64,000 nucleotides of DNA, taken from NCBI GenBank assembly GCA_021818615.1, contig JAKATT010000136.1, forward strand, positions 37,981 through 101,980, in the 5' to 3' direction. This DNA is from Actinomycetes bacterium (lineage in GTDB: Bacteria; Actinomycetota; Acidimicrobiia; Acidimicrobiales; Bog-793). Of the stretch, positions 37,463 through 45,105 are shown piece by piece. How positions within the stretch are numbered: the stretch's first letter is position 1; each line of letters starts with the position of its first letter. The translations under genes and the position numbers were made by a program. The notes beneath the pieces were generated by a model, which saw nothing but the letters and a program-made list of their open reading frames with translations, did no database searches and was not told the origin of the DNA.

Positions 37463-38990
37463 GTGAAGACCACGGCGGCGCGTCGGGGCGATAAGACGTA
37501 CAGCTGCCTCTCGTTGGTGGAGGCCGTCCGCGAGAGGACCAAGGTGAAGCACCGGGTGCTCCTGCGTCTGGGCAAGGTGAGCGAGCTGCGCGACTCGGGC
37601 CAGCTGGACCGGATCATCGCTGCCCTTCGCCAGCACGCCGAGGGCACGTAGTTCGCAAGCAGCGAGCTGTCGAGCGACGGCTCGCCCAGCTTCGGCGCGA
37701 TGGCCGCGATCTACGCCTACTTCACCCGACTCGGACTCGACCGGCACTTCGCAGCCGTCGGACGCCGACGCAAGTCCGTCCGCCTCGCGACAACGGTGTA
37801 CGCGCTCTGTGCGAACCGACTCTGCGATCCGGCCTCCAAGCGGCGCACGGTCCTCGAGTGGCTCGACGACGTCGCCCTCCCCGCCGGTGTTGAGACCCCC
37901 TCCCTCGACCGCTGCTACCGCGCGCTCGACGCACTGAGCGCGTCGAGGCAGCTGACCGAAGAGGTGCTGTTCTCGGCGGTCACCGACCTCACCAACTTGG
38001 ATCTCCGCCTGTGCTGCTACGACTCACCTCCACCTACTTCGAGACCGACGGACGGGCGAGCGCTGCCTTCCCCGCGCGCGCCTTTGGCTACAGCCGCGAC
38101 CACCGGGGCGACCGGCCCCAGGTGATGATCGGGCTGCTCGTAACCGGAGACGGCATCCCGCTCGCCCACCAAGGTGTTCCCGGGCAACACGAACGACGCC
38201 TCAACGCTCAAAGGCGTGCTCTCGGACCTGAAGGAGCGCTTCTGTGTGGGGAGGATCGCGCTCATCGCGGATAGAGGAATCATCAGCGACGCCAACGTGT
38301 CTGCGCTCGGTGCGTCGGGCTTCGACCACGTGATGGCGACGAGGCTGCACCTGGAGCGTGACCGCCGTCCTGGGCAAGGCGCGCCGACCCGGCCAGGGGT
38401 CCCAGTCCCCGAAGCTCGCTCGGGGGCGACCGAAGTGGTCCACGACGGTTGGCGCTACGTCGTCGTGTTCTCGCCCGAGCGGTTCAACCGCGACAACCGC
38501 CGCCGGGAGGAGATCCTGGCCGAGACCGAGGACGCGCTCTGCGCCTCGGAAGAACGCGTGCGCTCGGGACGGCTGGGCGACCCCGCCAAGATCGGCGCGG
38601 CCGCCCAGCGGATCCTGTCTTCCTCGCCGATGGCCCGAGTGTTCGTGACCCACCTCCGAGAGGGCGCCTTCGCCCCGTTCAAGGTGCTGAAGGACTTCTT
38701 GGGACTGCGTCCGGTCTTCCACTTCAGCGAAGCACGCGTCCGTGGCCACATCGCGCCGTGCGTCATCGCGGCCGCGATCGAGGCGCTGATCGCCATCGAC
38801 CTCGAGCGCTCAGGGATCATGGACCCCGATCTTCCCCACCAGGTGATGACGCCACGACGAGCGCTCCGCGAGCTCGACCGCATCCGCGTTCACGAGCTCA
38901 GCGTGGGCAACGCCGGGTCGAAGTGGTCACCGCCGCAGCGGGCTCCAGGCGTCCATCCTCTCCGCCATGCACGTCGACACCGCCGGCTGG
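37463..38990 (+). pseudogene. IS1634-family (IS4-like) transposase, decayed
   Basis: KTYSCLSLVEAVRERTKVKHRVLLRLG..; in-frame TAG at 37649; frameshifts near 38015 and 38170 (TSTYFETDG..GYSRDHRGDRPQVMIGLLVTGDGIPLAHQ / VFPGNTNDASTL..IALIADRGIIS); apparent internal deletion before FKVLKDFLGLRPVFHF. Confidence 0.75.
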
Positions 38991-39184
38991 GACCGGGCCG
39001 CAATAGCCGACCAGGGAGCTCGGCCGACTTGGCGTCGAAGGACTGTCACCTGGTGGCGCAACACAAGGATCTCGGCGTCCTTCGCGAACGTGTCCCTCCT
39101 CGCCAACCCAAGGAGTCCGAAGGTGCGATGGACGAGTCGATACAGGAACGAGAGCACCACGGCGAGCAGCCTCGCCGACTCCAT
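38927..39184 (-). pseudogene. N-terminal fragment of another transposase/integrase (family not assigned)
   Basis: LLGLARRDTFAKDAEILVLRHQVTVLRRQVGR matches the N-terminal motif I recall from actinobacterial IS integrase-core proteins. No catalytic domain follows. Abuts the IS1634 remnant. Confidence 0.4.
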
Positions 39185-39430
39185 CCTGGCAGGTCAAGGC
39201 GGTGGCTGGGAGTTTCTGGACCCTTCAGGTCGCGATCGGCGTGCCCGGGATTCCTCGGTGTTCAAGCTTCGCGATTGCTCCGTCGAGGTCGTCGACCGCG
39301 ACCGTCACCATGGCATGCCCGGCACGACTCGGAGCGTCGACCATGCAGAGCCACGCAGCGTCGGGTCAGTATCGCCGGTGCCATCGCGCGCCGATCGGGT
39401 GACATGCAACCAGGGTGGCGCGCAGCCACG

Positions 39431-40120
39431 TCATCGCCGACGCATGGTGACCAGCCAGAGTCGGCGGGGTAAGCCGCCCTCCTCGAACGCGGTGACGCTG
39501 TCGAGATCGAAGCCATCGGCCAGGCGCTCGACGAGGGACCGATCGAAGAAGTGCACGACGAACCCGCCGTTCTCGTACAGGCTGTCGCCGAGCGAACGAC
39601 CGGCGCCGTAGTGGGCGTCGCCGGTGTGGCGCACGGTGTAGACGCACAGCCCCCCCGGGCGCAGTACCCGGCGTACCTCGGCGGCGAGGGCCGCGAGCTC
39701 GGGCGTGGTCAGCGCCATGTTGAAGAGCATGTGGGAGAAGCAGGCGTCGAGGGAGCTGTCGGCGAAGGGCAGCGGACGCCGCACGTCGTGCACCGCGGTG
39801 GCGAGACGCCCGGCGAGCTCGGGTCCCGCTGCGGCCGCCAGGCCGGCCACGGCAGTCGCGGCGTAGTCGAGGGCGTGGACCTCGAGACCTGCACGCAGCA
39901 GCTCCAGGGTGTCACGGCCCTGGCCGGCTCCGAGCTCGAGCACCTCCACGAGGCCTTCGCCGGCAAAGCGGCCCGCTGCGTAGCGACCGGCCTCGCTCGG
40001 CTCGGACCCGTACATCTCGGGGTTGGCACCGAGGGTCGTCTCCCACTGACGCCGCTGGTCGGCGATCAGGGTTCCGGTGGTCACGGTTCCGGTGGTCACC
40101 GGGACGTCGGTCCCGTTCAT
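39431..40120 (-). CDS. Class I SAM-dependent methyltransferase
   Basis: VLELGAGQGRDTLELL (motif I), LRPGGLCVYTV. Start at ATG 40120 (MNGTD). Contains the VTTGT x2 repeat. Confidence 0.8.
   Translation of the reverse strand: MNGTDVPVTTGTVTTGTLIADQRRQWETTLGANPEMYGSEPSEAGRYAAGRFAGEGLVEVLELGAGQGRDTLELLRAGLEVHALDYAATAVAGLAAAAGPELAGRLATAVHDVRRPLPFADSSLDACFSHMLFNMALTTPELAALAAEVRRVLRPGGLCVYTVRHTGDAHYGAGRSLGDSLYENGGFVVHFFDRSLVERLADGFDLDSVTAFEEGGLPRRLWLVTMRRR
40070..40099. repeat. 15-bp tandem duplication GGTTCCGGTGGTCAC x2
   Basis: Read directly. Encodes VTTGTVTTGT at the methyltransferase N-terminus. Confidence 0.85.
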
Positions 40121-40152
40121 CGGGTCGTTCGCTCGGGCTCGCAGGTCGCGCT

Positions 40153-40470
40153 TCACCTGCCCCTCGGCGGCATCCACCTGTCGGGCTCCGTGCGCAAGAG
40201 GCCATCGACGCGCTGCTCGAACTCGGCGATGTCGATCTCGCCGCGTGCGTAACGTTCCCGCAGCGTCATCATCGGGTCCTCGCGGGCCGGCGGCTCGGCC
40301 AGCTCCCCGGGAGCTCCCGGAGCGTGACCGAACCCGCAGCCGGGCCCCCACCCTCCAAGAGCACTACGAGATCGCTGGGACATCAGCCTCAGGCTCATGA
40401 AGAGAGCCACGGCGATCATCGCCGGGATCACGAGGAGCATCGGCCACGGGAAGCTTCCCCACATCATCAT
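40153..40470 (-). CDS. Small membrane protein with C-terminal SHOCT domain
   Basis: AGGAGGAAT immediately upstream of ATGATGATG. TM FPWPMLLVIPAMIAVALFMSL; SHOCT-like LRERYARGEIDIAEFEQRVDGL. Confidence 0.65.
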   Translation of the reverse strand: MMMWGSFPWPMLLVIPAMIAVALFMSLRLMSQRSRSALGGWGPGCGFGHAPGAPGELAEPPAREDPMMTLRERYARGEIDIAEFEQRVDGLLRTEPDRWMPPRGR

Positions 40471-40585
40471 GATTCCTCCTGAAGCTCGACCGGCACCCCT
40501 GTGCACGTTCTCGCCAAGGTTGTCCGCGCCAGGCAACCGGATCCGGCACCGCGAGGCTCGCAGTGGTAGAGCCGGGTGGAGCTCA

Positions 40586-40918
40586 TCAGGATCTCCCGTC
40601 GACGAGCAGTGCCCGGACCGCCTCGATGGCAGGGCGCAGCGCGTCGCTGGTGGCGCAGTAGTAGACGTAGGTGCCGCGGCGCTCGGCCCGCACGACTCCC
40701 CGGTCGCGCAGCACGCGCAGGTGGTGGGAGACGGCTGGCTGGCGAAGTCCCGCCGCCGTCGCGATCGCGCCGACGGAGACACACGCCGTGTCGAGGATCG
40801 AGAGGATCCGAAGCCGCGTCGGATCGCCGAGCGCCTGAAGCAGCTCGGCGAGCTGAGCTGCCTCGCCTCGGTCGATCGTCGGAGCTGCGTCCAGAAGCGT
40901 CGTCACGCTGTATATCAA
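40586..40918 (-). CDS. ArsR/SmtB-family transcriptional regulator
   Basis: LLQALGDPTRLRILSIL..VGAIATAAGLRQPAVSHHLRVLRDRGVVRAERRGTYVYY. TTG start lies inside an AT-rich repeat. Confidence 0.85.
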   Translation of the reverse strand: MIYSVTTLLDAAPTIDRGEAAQLAELLQALGDPTRLRILSILDTACVSVGAIATAAGLRQPAVSHHLRVLRDRGVVRAERRGTYVYYCATSDALRPAIEAVRALLVDGRS

Positions 40919-40940
40919 CAGATCTATATCTACAGATATT
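40911..40940 (-). promoter_or_regulatory. AT-rich repeat/palindrome overlapping the arsR start (candidate operator)
   Basis: Gene-sense: ATATCTGTAGATAT (palindrome), then AGATCTGTTGATATA. ATCTGTWGATAT occurs twice. Conspicuous in GC-rich DNA. Confidence 0.35.
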
Positions 40941-40978
40941 CCGAGCTCTCGAGCCCGACGACGGACGGAGGGATCCCT

Positions 40979-41674
40979 TCACCTCGTCGCCCGGGTGGTC
41001 TGCTCGTCGCGGCCGCCCCGCCACCGAGTGCCCGCCGCGACGGCGACGAAGCCCGCTTCGGATAGGGCTCCCTCTCGTACCTCCTCGTCCACCGGGGCGT
41101 CCATCGGGGCCTGGCGAAGGGTGGAGCGGGCGGCCACGACCTCGAATCCGGCACGTCCGAGCAGTCCGAGATGGTCGGCGAGTGTGAGGAAGTGGGCGCC
41201 CTGGTAAAAGGGGTGGCCGGCGCGCCGCTTCTCCTCATAGGCCTGACCCCAGGCGCTGTCACCGGGCACGAGCCCGACGACGAGGCTGCCGCCCGGGCGA
41301 AGCACCCGGCGGACCTCGTCGAGGAGCCCGGCCGGGTCGTCCGCGAAGCAGAGCGTGACGACGAGGATCACCACGTTGAACCCGTGATCGGCGAATGGCA
41401 GCTGCTCGCCGGCTCCCTGGACGACGCGCACGCCCCTCCTCGCGGCCAGGTCGAGCGGTGCGCGGGCGGGGTCGAGACCTACCTCGATTCCGAGCGCCGT
41501 GGCGAAGCGCCCGGAGCCGACCCCGACCTCGAGACGTGGTGGCCCCGTCCCAGACAACAGCGGGCGCAGGCACCTGAGCTCGAGGTCGAACAGCTTGCGC
41601 CCTGACGCCATGTCATACCAGGCGTCGTAGCGTGCGGCGAGGTCTTCGAAGGCCGATCCCACCGGCACGGCCAC
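40979..41674 (-). CDS. Class I SAM-dependent methyltransferase (type 11-like)
   Basis: RLEVGVGSGRFATAL (motif I), LPFADHGFNVVILVVTLCF, LRPGGSLVVG. Confidence 0.8.
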   Translation of the reverse strand: MAVPVGSAFEDLAARYDAWYDMASGRKLFDLELRCLRPLLSGTGPPRLEVGVGSGRFATALGIEVGLDPARAPLDLAARRGVRVVQGAGEQLPFADHGFNVVILVVTLCFADDPAGLLDEVRRVLRPGGSLVVGLVPGDSAWGQAYEEKRRAGHPFYQGAHFLTLADHLGLLGRAGFEVVAARSTLRQAPMDAPVDEEVREGALSEAGFVAVAAGTRWRGGRDEQTTRATR

Positions 41675-41678
41675 GCTC

Positions 41679-41906
41679 TCAGGGCCGGTCGACCCTCAGG
41701 TCCCGCAGCTTGCCCGTGACCTCCGCCAGCTCCTGTTCGAGGTCGCGCTGGCGCTCCTCGAGGATGCTCCGCCGGCTCGCTGTCTCCTCCTCGCGATCCC
41801 GGTGCGGGCCACCGCCGTGGCCGCCGCAGCAACCCGAGCCTCCGCAGCAGCCGTGCCCCCGGCCCCTCGGGCCCCGCTCGACGTCGTCTCGTTCCATCGT
41901 TCTCAT
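41679..41906 (-). CDS. Small Cys/Gly/His-rich coiled-coil protein (DUF5320-like)
   Basis: GPRGRGHGCCGGSGCCGGHGGGPH followed by coiled coil LEERQRDLEQELAEVTGKLRDL. 2-nt gap after padR, 4-nt gap before the methyltransferase. Family call from memory. Confidence 0.5.
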   Translation of the reverse strand: MRTMERDDVERGPRGRGHGCCGGSGCCGGHGGGPHRDREEETASRRSILEERQRDLEQELAEVTGKLRDLRVDRP

Positions 41907-41908
41907 TG

Positions 41909-42328
41909 TCAGTCCTTTCCGTGGTAGGTGTTGTCGATCTTCTCGGCGACCGCCCCGTAGCGCTCGAGCACTCGTGCGATCCGCGCCTGGCCGGACCGGA
42001 GCGACCCCGCCCAGGCGCCGAGCAACGCGGCACCCTCACCAGTGAGCTCGTAGATCCGCTTGAGCGGACCGGGGGCGTCTTCGCTCCACGAGGAGGCGAC
42101 GAGGCCTTCCCCTTCGAGCGAGCGCAGCAGCCGGTAGAGGTTGCCGAAGTCGACCCTGCCCTCTTCGAGGAGCTCCTCGAGCGCGTCAGCGAGCTCGTAG
42201 CCGTGGCTCGGGCCCTCCGCCAACAGCAGCAGCACGGCCGGCTCGGCAAAACGCTCGACCCGGGCCCGGACCTCGAAGCTGCCCGGGCCGACCCGGCAGC
42301 GGCAGCGTGGTTGACGATCGACCTTCAT
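41909..42328 (-). CDS. PadR-family transcriptional regulator
   Basis: RFAEPAVLLLLAEGPSHGYELADAL..FGNLYRLLRSLEGEGLV..KRIYELTGEG. N-terminal RCRCR. Start at 42328 or 42355. Confidence 0.8.
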   Translation of the reverse strand: MKVDRQPRCRCRVGPGSFEVRARVERFAEPAVLLLLAEGPSHGYELADALEELLEEGRVDFGNLYRLLRSLEGEGLVASSWSEDAPGPLKRIYELTGEGAALLGAWAGSLRSGQARIARVLERYGAVAEKIDNTYHGKD

Positions 42329-42405
42329 CGCTTTTCGAGTATAGGTGAACGACATAGGTGTCGTACATCCCCCGGGACCCCTCCAGGTCTTGTCCTGCGC
42401 CTGTG

Positions 42406-42429
42406 GATCTGTTATCCATAGATATATGG
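42406..42429 (+). promoter_or_regulatory. AT-rich motif overlapping the start of the ArsR-rhodanese gene (candidate operator)
   Basis: GATCTGTTATCCATAGATATATGG. Shares GATCTGTT and GATATA with the site at 40911-40940. ATG 42426 lies inside it, with no SD upstream. Confidence 0.35.
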
Positions 42430-43187
42430 AGTATCAGAACAGCGAGCAGGGGCGGGCCGATCTCTACGGGCAGCTGGCCCGGATCGGCAAGGTGGTCATG
42501 CACCCCAAGCGCATCGAACTGCTGGACCTGCTCTGCCAGGGCGAGCGCAGCGTTGACGCGCTCGCCGCGGCGAGCAGTCTCAAGCTCACGACGGCTTCGG
42601 CACATCTGCAGGTGATGCGCCAGGCCCGGCTCGTCGAGACCCGCCGGGAGGGGACTCGGGTCTACTACCGGGCGGCCGGCGAGGAGGTCTGCCGTCTCGT
42701 CACCGCGCTCAGCGACCTGGCCCGTGCCCGTCTCGCCGAGGTGGACCAGATCCTCCGGGCGATCGGCACCGACGCGCACGGCGCCGAGCGGGTGACCCGA
42801 GCCGAGCTGCTCGAGCGGGTCCTCGTGGGGGACGTCGTCGTCCTCGACGTGCGACCCCCCGAGGAGTACGCGGCCGGCCACATCGCCGGTGCGATCTCGC
42901 TCCCATTGGAGCAACTCGAGGCGCGGCTCGACGAGCTCGACCCCACGATCGAGGTTGTCGCCTACTGCCGGGGCCCGCTCTGCCTCCTCGCCCCTGAGGC
43001 CGTCGGCACCCTTCGCGAGCGTGGTCGCCGGGCACGCTGCCTCGAGGACGGCATGCCCGAATGGCGCCGTGCGGGCCTGCCCGTCGCCGCCGGGGTCGGG
43101 GTCGCCGCCGGGGTCGGGGTCGCCGCCGGGGTCGGGGTCGGGGTCGGGGCGGCGACGGCGCCCGATGGCACGCGGCGGTCGCGATGA
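42426..43187 (+). CDS. ArsR-family HTH fused to a rhodanese domain
   Basis: HPKRIELLDLLCQGERSVDALA..ASAHLQVMRQARLVETRREGTRVYY, then rhodanese VVVLDVRPPEEYAAGHIAGAISLP..VVAYCRGPLC (active-site Cys loop). Repeat-encoded (GVGVAA)n tail. Confidence 0.85.
   Translation: MEYQNSEQGRADLYGQLARIGKVVMHPKRIELLDLLCQGERSVDALAAASSLKLTTASAHLQVMRQARLVETRREGTRVYYRAAGEEVCRLVTALSDLARARLAEVDQILRAIGTDAHGAERVTRAELLERVLVGDVVVLDVRPPEEYAAGHIAGAISLPLEQLEARLDELDPTIEVVAYCRGPLCLLAPEAVGTLRERGRRARCLEDGMPEWRRAGLPVAAGVGVAAGVGVAAGVGVGVGAATAPDGTRRSR
43083..43149. repeat. 18-bp tandem repeat GTCGCCGCCGGGGTCGGG x3 plus GTCGGG partial units
   Basis: Read directly. Encodes AAGVGV repeats at the C-terminus of the ArsR-rhodanese protein, ending about 35 nt before the overlapping cysteine desulfurase start. 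Confidence 0.9.
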
Positions 43188-44338
43188 CCGCGGAGCGCGC
43201 TCCCGGCCTGATCTATCTCGACCACAACGCGACCACGCCACTGGCGCCGCAGGTGCTCGAGGCAATGCTGCCCTACCTGCGAGAGCACTTCGGCAACCCC
43301 TCCAGTGACCACGAGCCGGGTCGGCGCGCCCGTCGGGCCGTCGAAGAGAGCCGGGAGCTGGTTGCGTCGCTCATCGGTGCTGCACCCGGAGAGATCGTGT
43401 TCACCTCCGGTGGCACCGAGTCCAACAATCTCGCCATCCGCGGCTGTGCAGCATCCGCACCGCCGGGACGTCGCCGCATCGTCACCTCCCAGGTCGAGCA
43501 CCCGGCCACGAGCGGCCCTTGCGGGTTGCTGGAGGCACAGGGGTGGACGGTCACCCGCGTGCCGGTCACCCATACTGGGACGCTCGACCCCGTCACGGTC
43601 GACGCCGCGCTCGGCACCGACGTGGCGCTCTTGACGGTGATGCTCGCCCAGAACGAGACCGGGGCCGTCATGGCGATCCCCGCTCTGGCACAGGCGGCCC
43701 GGGGGTCAGGCAGCGTCGTGCATACCGACTCCGCCCAGGCCATCGGAAAGATCGCCGTCTCGGTCGAGATTCTCGGGGTCGACCTCCTCTCCATCGCCGG
43801 CCACAAGTGCTATGGCCCCAAAGGTGTCGGCGCGCTGTATGTCCGGCGCGGGACAACGCTCGAGCCCGTGATCCGCGGGGCCGGCCAGGAACGGGGACTA
43901 CGCCCCGGCACGGAGAACGTCGCCGGCATCGTCGGCCTCGGAGCCGCCTGTGAGCTCGCGCAGTCCCGCCTGACCGATGAGGGAGAGCGGATGCGGACGC
44001 TTCGCGACATGTTGTGGGGAGCCCTCTCGGAGCGCATCGCTGGCCTCGTCCGACACACCCCGATGGACACCAGCCTGCCCAATACCTTGACCGTGTCCTT
44101 CCCCGGCGCCCTGGGCAGGGACGTGCTGGGCCACGCCGAAGGCCTCGCCGCATCGACCGGGTCGGCCTGCCACGCTGGCGAGGAGACCCCCTCTGCCACG
44201 TTGCTCGCCATGGGCGTGCCACCCGACGTCGCACGTGGTGCCGTGCGGCTCTCGCTCGGCCGCGCCAATAGCCCGACCGAGATCGCCGCCGCCGTCGAGA
44301 TGCTCGTGAAAGCCCACCGGGAGGCAACCGGACCGTGA
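43184..44338 (+). CDS. Cysteine desulfurase (class V aminotransferase, NifS/IscS-like)
   Basis: IYLDHNATTP, FTSGGTESNNLAIRG, HTDSAQAIGK, SIAGHKCYGPKGVGALY (PLP Lys), STGSACHAG (catalytic Cys loop). ATGA overlap with the upstream gene. Confidence 0.9.
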   Translation: MTAERAPGLIYLDHNATTPLAPQVLEAMLPYLREHFGNPSSDHEPGRRARRAVEESRELVASLIGAAPGEIVFTSGGTESNNLAIRGCAASAPPGRRRIVTSQVEHPATSGPCGLLEAQGWTVTRVPVTHTGTLDPVTVDAALGTDVALLTVMLAQNETGAVMAIPALAQAARGSGSVVHTDSAQAIGKIAVSVEILGVDLLSIAGHKCYGPKGVGALYVRRGTTLEPVIRGAGQERGLRPGTENVAGIVGLGAACELAQSRLTDEGERMRTLRDMLWGALSERIAGLVRHTPMDTSLPNTLTVSFPGALGRDVLGHAEGLAASTGSACHAGEETPSATLLAMGVPPDVARGAVRLSLGRANSPTEIAAAVEMLVKAHREATGP

Positions 44339-44630
44339 CCGGCGACTGCCGATCGATCCATCGCAGGAAGAACCGCATTCGGGCCGGCTCCCCGCCGCTG
44401 GTTGCGAGCAGCTCCTGTCGCAAGCCCTTGCTGATGTGGCCCGAGAGCCTTCCACAGGAAGCTCGGCACCCATACCTCGCAGTGGTGAGCGCCCCCGACG
44501 TCTGCCGGATCGCCCGGCGGGCTGTCGGCACCGGAAGCCGAGCAGCACCGTGGCGCCAGCGGCGACCACGTGCGTTCACGAGCCGGTGGGGCACCTCAGC
44601 CAGCCGGAGCCTCGAATACAAGGAGCGAGC

Positions 44631-44981
44631 GTGAAGATCCTCGTCATCTTGAACGACCCACCGTATGGGACCGAGCGCTCCTACAACGGGCTTCGTCTCG
44701 CGGGCGCCCTCGCCAAGCGCGAGGGCGTCGAGCTGAAGGTGTTCTTGTTCGGCGACGCCGTCGGCTGCGCGCTCGCCAAGCATAAGCTGCCCGACGGCTA
44801 CTACCACCTCGATCGGATGGTGGCTTCCGTCGTTCGCCACGGCGGCCAGATCGGCTGCTGTGGCACGTGCATGGACGCCCGTGCCTTCACCGACGACAAG
44901 CTCGTCGAGGGCGCCCGGCGGTCGAGCCTCGAGGACGCGACCGAGTGGACGATCTGGGCCGACAAGGTCGTGAGCTTTTGA
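44631..44981 (+). CDS. DsrE/TusD-like sulfur-relay family protein
   Basis: AAGGAG 6 nt before GTG 44631. VKILVILNDPPYGTERSYNGLRLA..VFLFGDAV..IGCCGTCMDARA. Confidence 0.7.
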   Translation: MKILVILNDPPYGTERSYNGLRLAGALAKREGVELKVFLFGDAVGCALAKHKLPDGYYHLDRMVASVVRHGGQIGCCGTCMDARAFTDDKLVEGARRSSLEDATEWTIWADKVVSF

Positions 44982-45105
44982 GCACGACGGGTCCGCGTCA
45001 CACGGGGGCACACCTCGCCGCGGTGACGAAGCGGCAGTTCACGAGCTCGACGAGATTCCTTGGTGACATCGAACGCGGGGCTCTCCTCGACAACGAGGTC
45101 ACACG

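Noticed and set aside
43083-43149. Tandem repeats as a possible CRISPR array
   Set aside because: The units are contiguous with no spacers, are 18 bp or less, and lie inside a coding region. No cas genes are present in the window. No CRISPR array was seen anywhere in the window.
44339-44630. A small TusA-like gene or sRNA in the 293-nt gap between the cysteine desulfurase and the DsrE-like gene
   Set aside because: None of the six frames gave a CPxP-type or otherwise protein-like product. Only weak 6-bp stems are present.
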